The notes under the pieces are model-generated. The model was given only the letters and a program-made list of their open reading frames with translations. It had not been told where the DNA came from and did not search any database. Positions 62,744-64,000 of a DNA stretch of 64,000 nucleotides are shown one piece after another. The DNA is taken from assembly GCA_010015585.1 (NCBI GenBank), contig ML975149.1. One strand, given 5' to 3'. This DNA comes from Eremomyces bilateralis CBS 781.70 (lineage: Eukaryota). The first letter of the stretch is position 1. Every line of letters starts with the position of its first letter. Made by a program: the position numbers and the translations under genes.

Positions 62744-62892
62744 TAGCAGAGAGAAGAGTTGATGTCTCGCGTACAGAGGCGCTGGGAGATTTCTTCCTTC
62801 TCTCTCTTCAGTTTAGATCAACGAAACTTGGTAATCGCAGATCCTGCGCATCCGGACCGTGTCAACCTTTAAGTTTACACAGATTAAAGGTA

Positions 62893-64000
62893 ACGTATTC
62901 CACAAGCGAGCGGCCCACCTCACCTGTACGAAACGACTTCAACGATAGATATCTCTACAACGTCGAATAAAATCAATTATTTTTAATTTCCAGACTATTC
63001 TACAGTATCTTGCCGACCTAGAGGACATGTTTCAATACGATGTCCTACCTCACGGCAGCGTCCACATCGCCTTCGACGCGGCGCAGCCCCGTCCTGTCGG
63101 GTACGACTTTGACGCATTTCTTGAGAAATTTGGGACTCAACGGCGGAATGATTAATTAAATCCTGCCCCTCCTCAATAGCCAAAGACCCTCGCTCCTGAA
63201 TCCGCTTTTTTTTTCGTTGTCTTCGTTGTGTTGCGAGCTTGTTTGCCTTTCGAAGAGTCTCGTTTTCACCCTTCAGAATCGTGAGCGAATGGACCATTGC
63301 CTGGGCGTCCTTGACGAACTGATCAAGCGCCTCATTGATTGGCGTAGGCGAGCTATTTTGGTGGTTCGTAATACGGCCTTGAATTAGCTTCGATTGAGCC
63401 GTCAATTCAATAGCGTTGCTTGGTGTTTTCGTCTCCCATTGAGCATCCTCAGCGGCTGGAGTCGGAGTCCTTGGTCTGACGTCGAGCTTCGAAATCACGG
63501 CTTCTGGATTGTACGGAACTAGCCCTGAGCCTCGGAAGGCCCCACGGATATTCTTCTTCGTAAGAGCGGCTTCGTGTGCGGCTTTAAATGCTGGTAGGAA
63601 CTCGAGTTTGGTGATATGGTTGATAGAGTTCCGTATCAAGTCCTCAATCTGAATCCGTACGCCTTCTTCAGAGGCCCAAAACAACCCATATCAAGCGGCT
63701 AGAGGATGTAGGACGCGTGCGGAGGCATACAAAGCGTAATAATGTTCTTCTCTTTGCAGAATTCCTGGAATTGAAGCGAGTTATGGCTCTCATGCCCATC
63801 AATGACCAGGAGACGCCAGCCTCCGGTTGTACGAGGCGTTGTATGCTTCTCAAAATGCTGTAGCCATTCAAATCCAAGCTCATTCGTTGTCCATCCATTG
63901 TCGCTTAGGGTCAAAACCCAATCCTTTGGTATATCGTCGCTATACCACGCTGAGAGGTGGTGTTATCCACTGAAGATCACGAAAGGTGGGATAGACCAGC
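62893..64000 (-). mobile_element. pogo/Fot1-Tan1-like transposon (3' part) with inactivated transposase; runs off the window
   Basis: SDNGWT, RLLVIDGHESH, LCMPPHASYIL*PLD.GCFGPLK (TAG 63699-63701), frameshift near 63655, another TAA near 63963, NIRGAFRGSGLVPYNP, terminal CGRCREVGHRIETC zinc knuckle; TA + ACGTATTCCACAAGCGAGCGGCCCACC terminus at 62891-62919. Confidence 0.93.

Noticed and set aside
1..64000. tRNA, rRNA, CRISPR or secondary-metabolite cluster
   Set aside because: No cloverleaf/T-loop, 5S-like sequence, spacer array or PKS/NRPS/terpene synthase seen by eye; small ncRNAs could be missed without a covariance search.

Overview
Eukaryotic DNA from a filamentous ascomycete (Pezizomycotina-type GT..CTRAC/CTAAY..YAG introns, mostly 45-80 nt). 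Positions 1-54 kb are gene-dense and mostly housekeeping: ammonium transporter, a decayed cytochrome P450, the divergent ATP-citrate lyase pair, ULA1, GPI14, Pol delta subunit 4, DCS1, STN1, RPA43, BRAP2/ETP1, glucosidase II alpha, NDK1, a heme-less sulfite-oxidase-family gene, a large two-OB-fold POT1-like protein, an SREBP-type bHLH factor, glucosylceramide synthase, a PhoD-family phosphatase, TLG1 and a few secreted/unknown proteins. From about 55.7 kb the window becomes a transposon-rich island with an assembly gap (56399-57308): two mutated pogo/Fot1-type transposons, LTR relics, a LaeA/TAM-like methyltransferase, and one intact, intron-containing DD36E Tc1-like transposase bracketed by degenerate inverted repeats and by an unexplained 107-bp direct repeat. 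That element and a 537-nt hairpin-rich intron in ACL2 are the most unusual structures. I cannot demonstrate a new biological system from sequence alone. Gene models were spliced by eye and no database searches were run.
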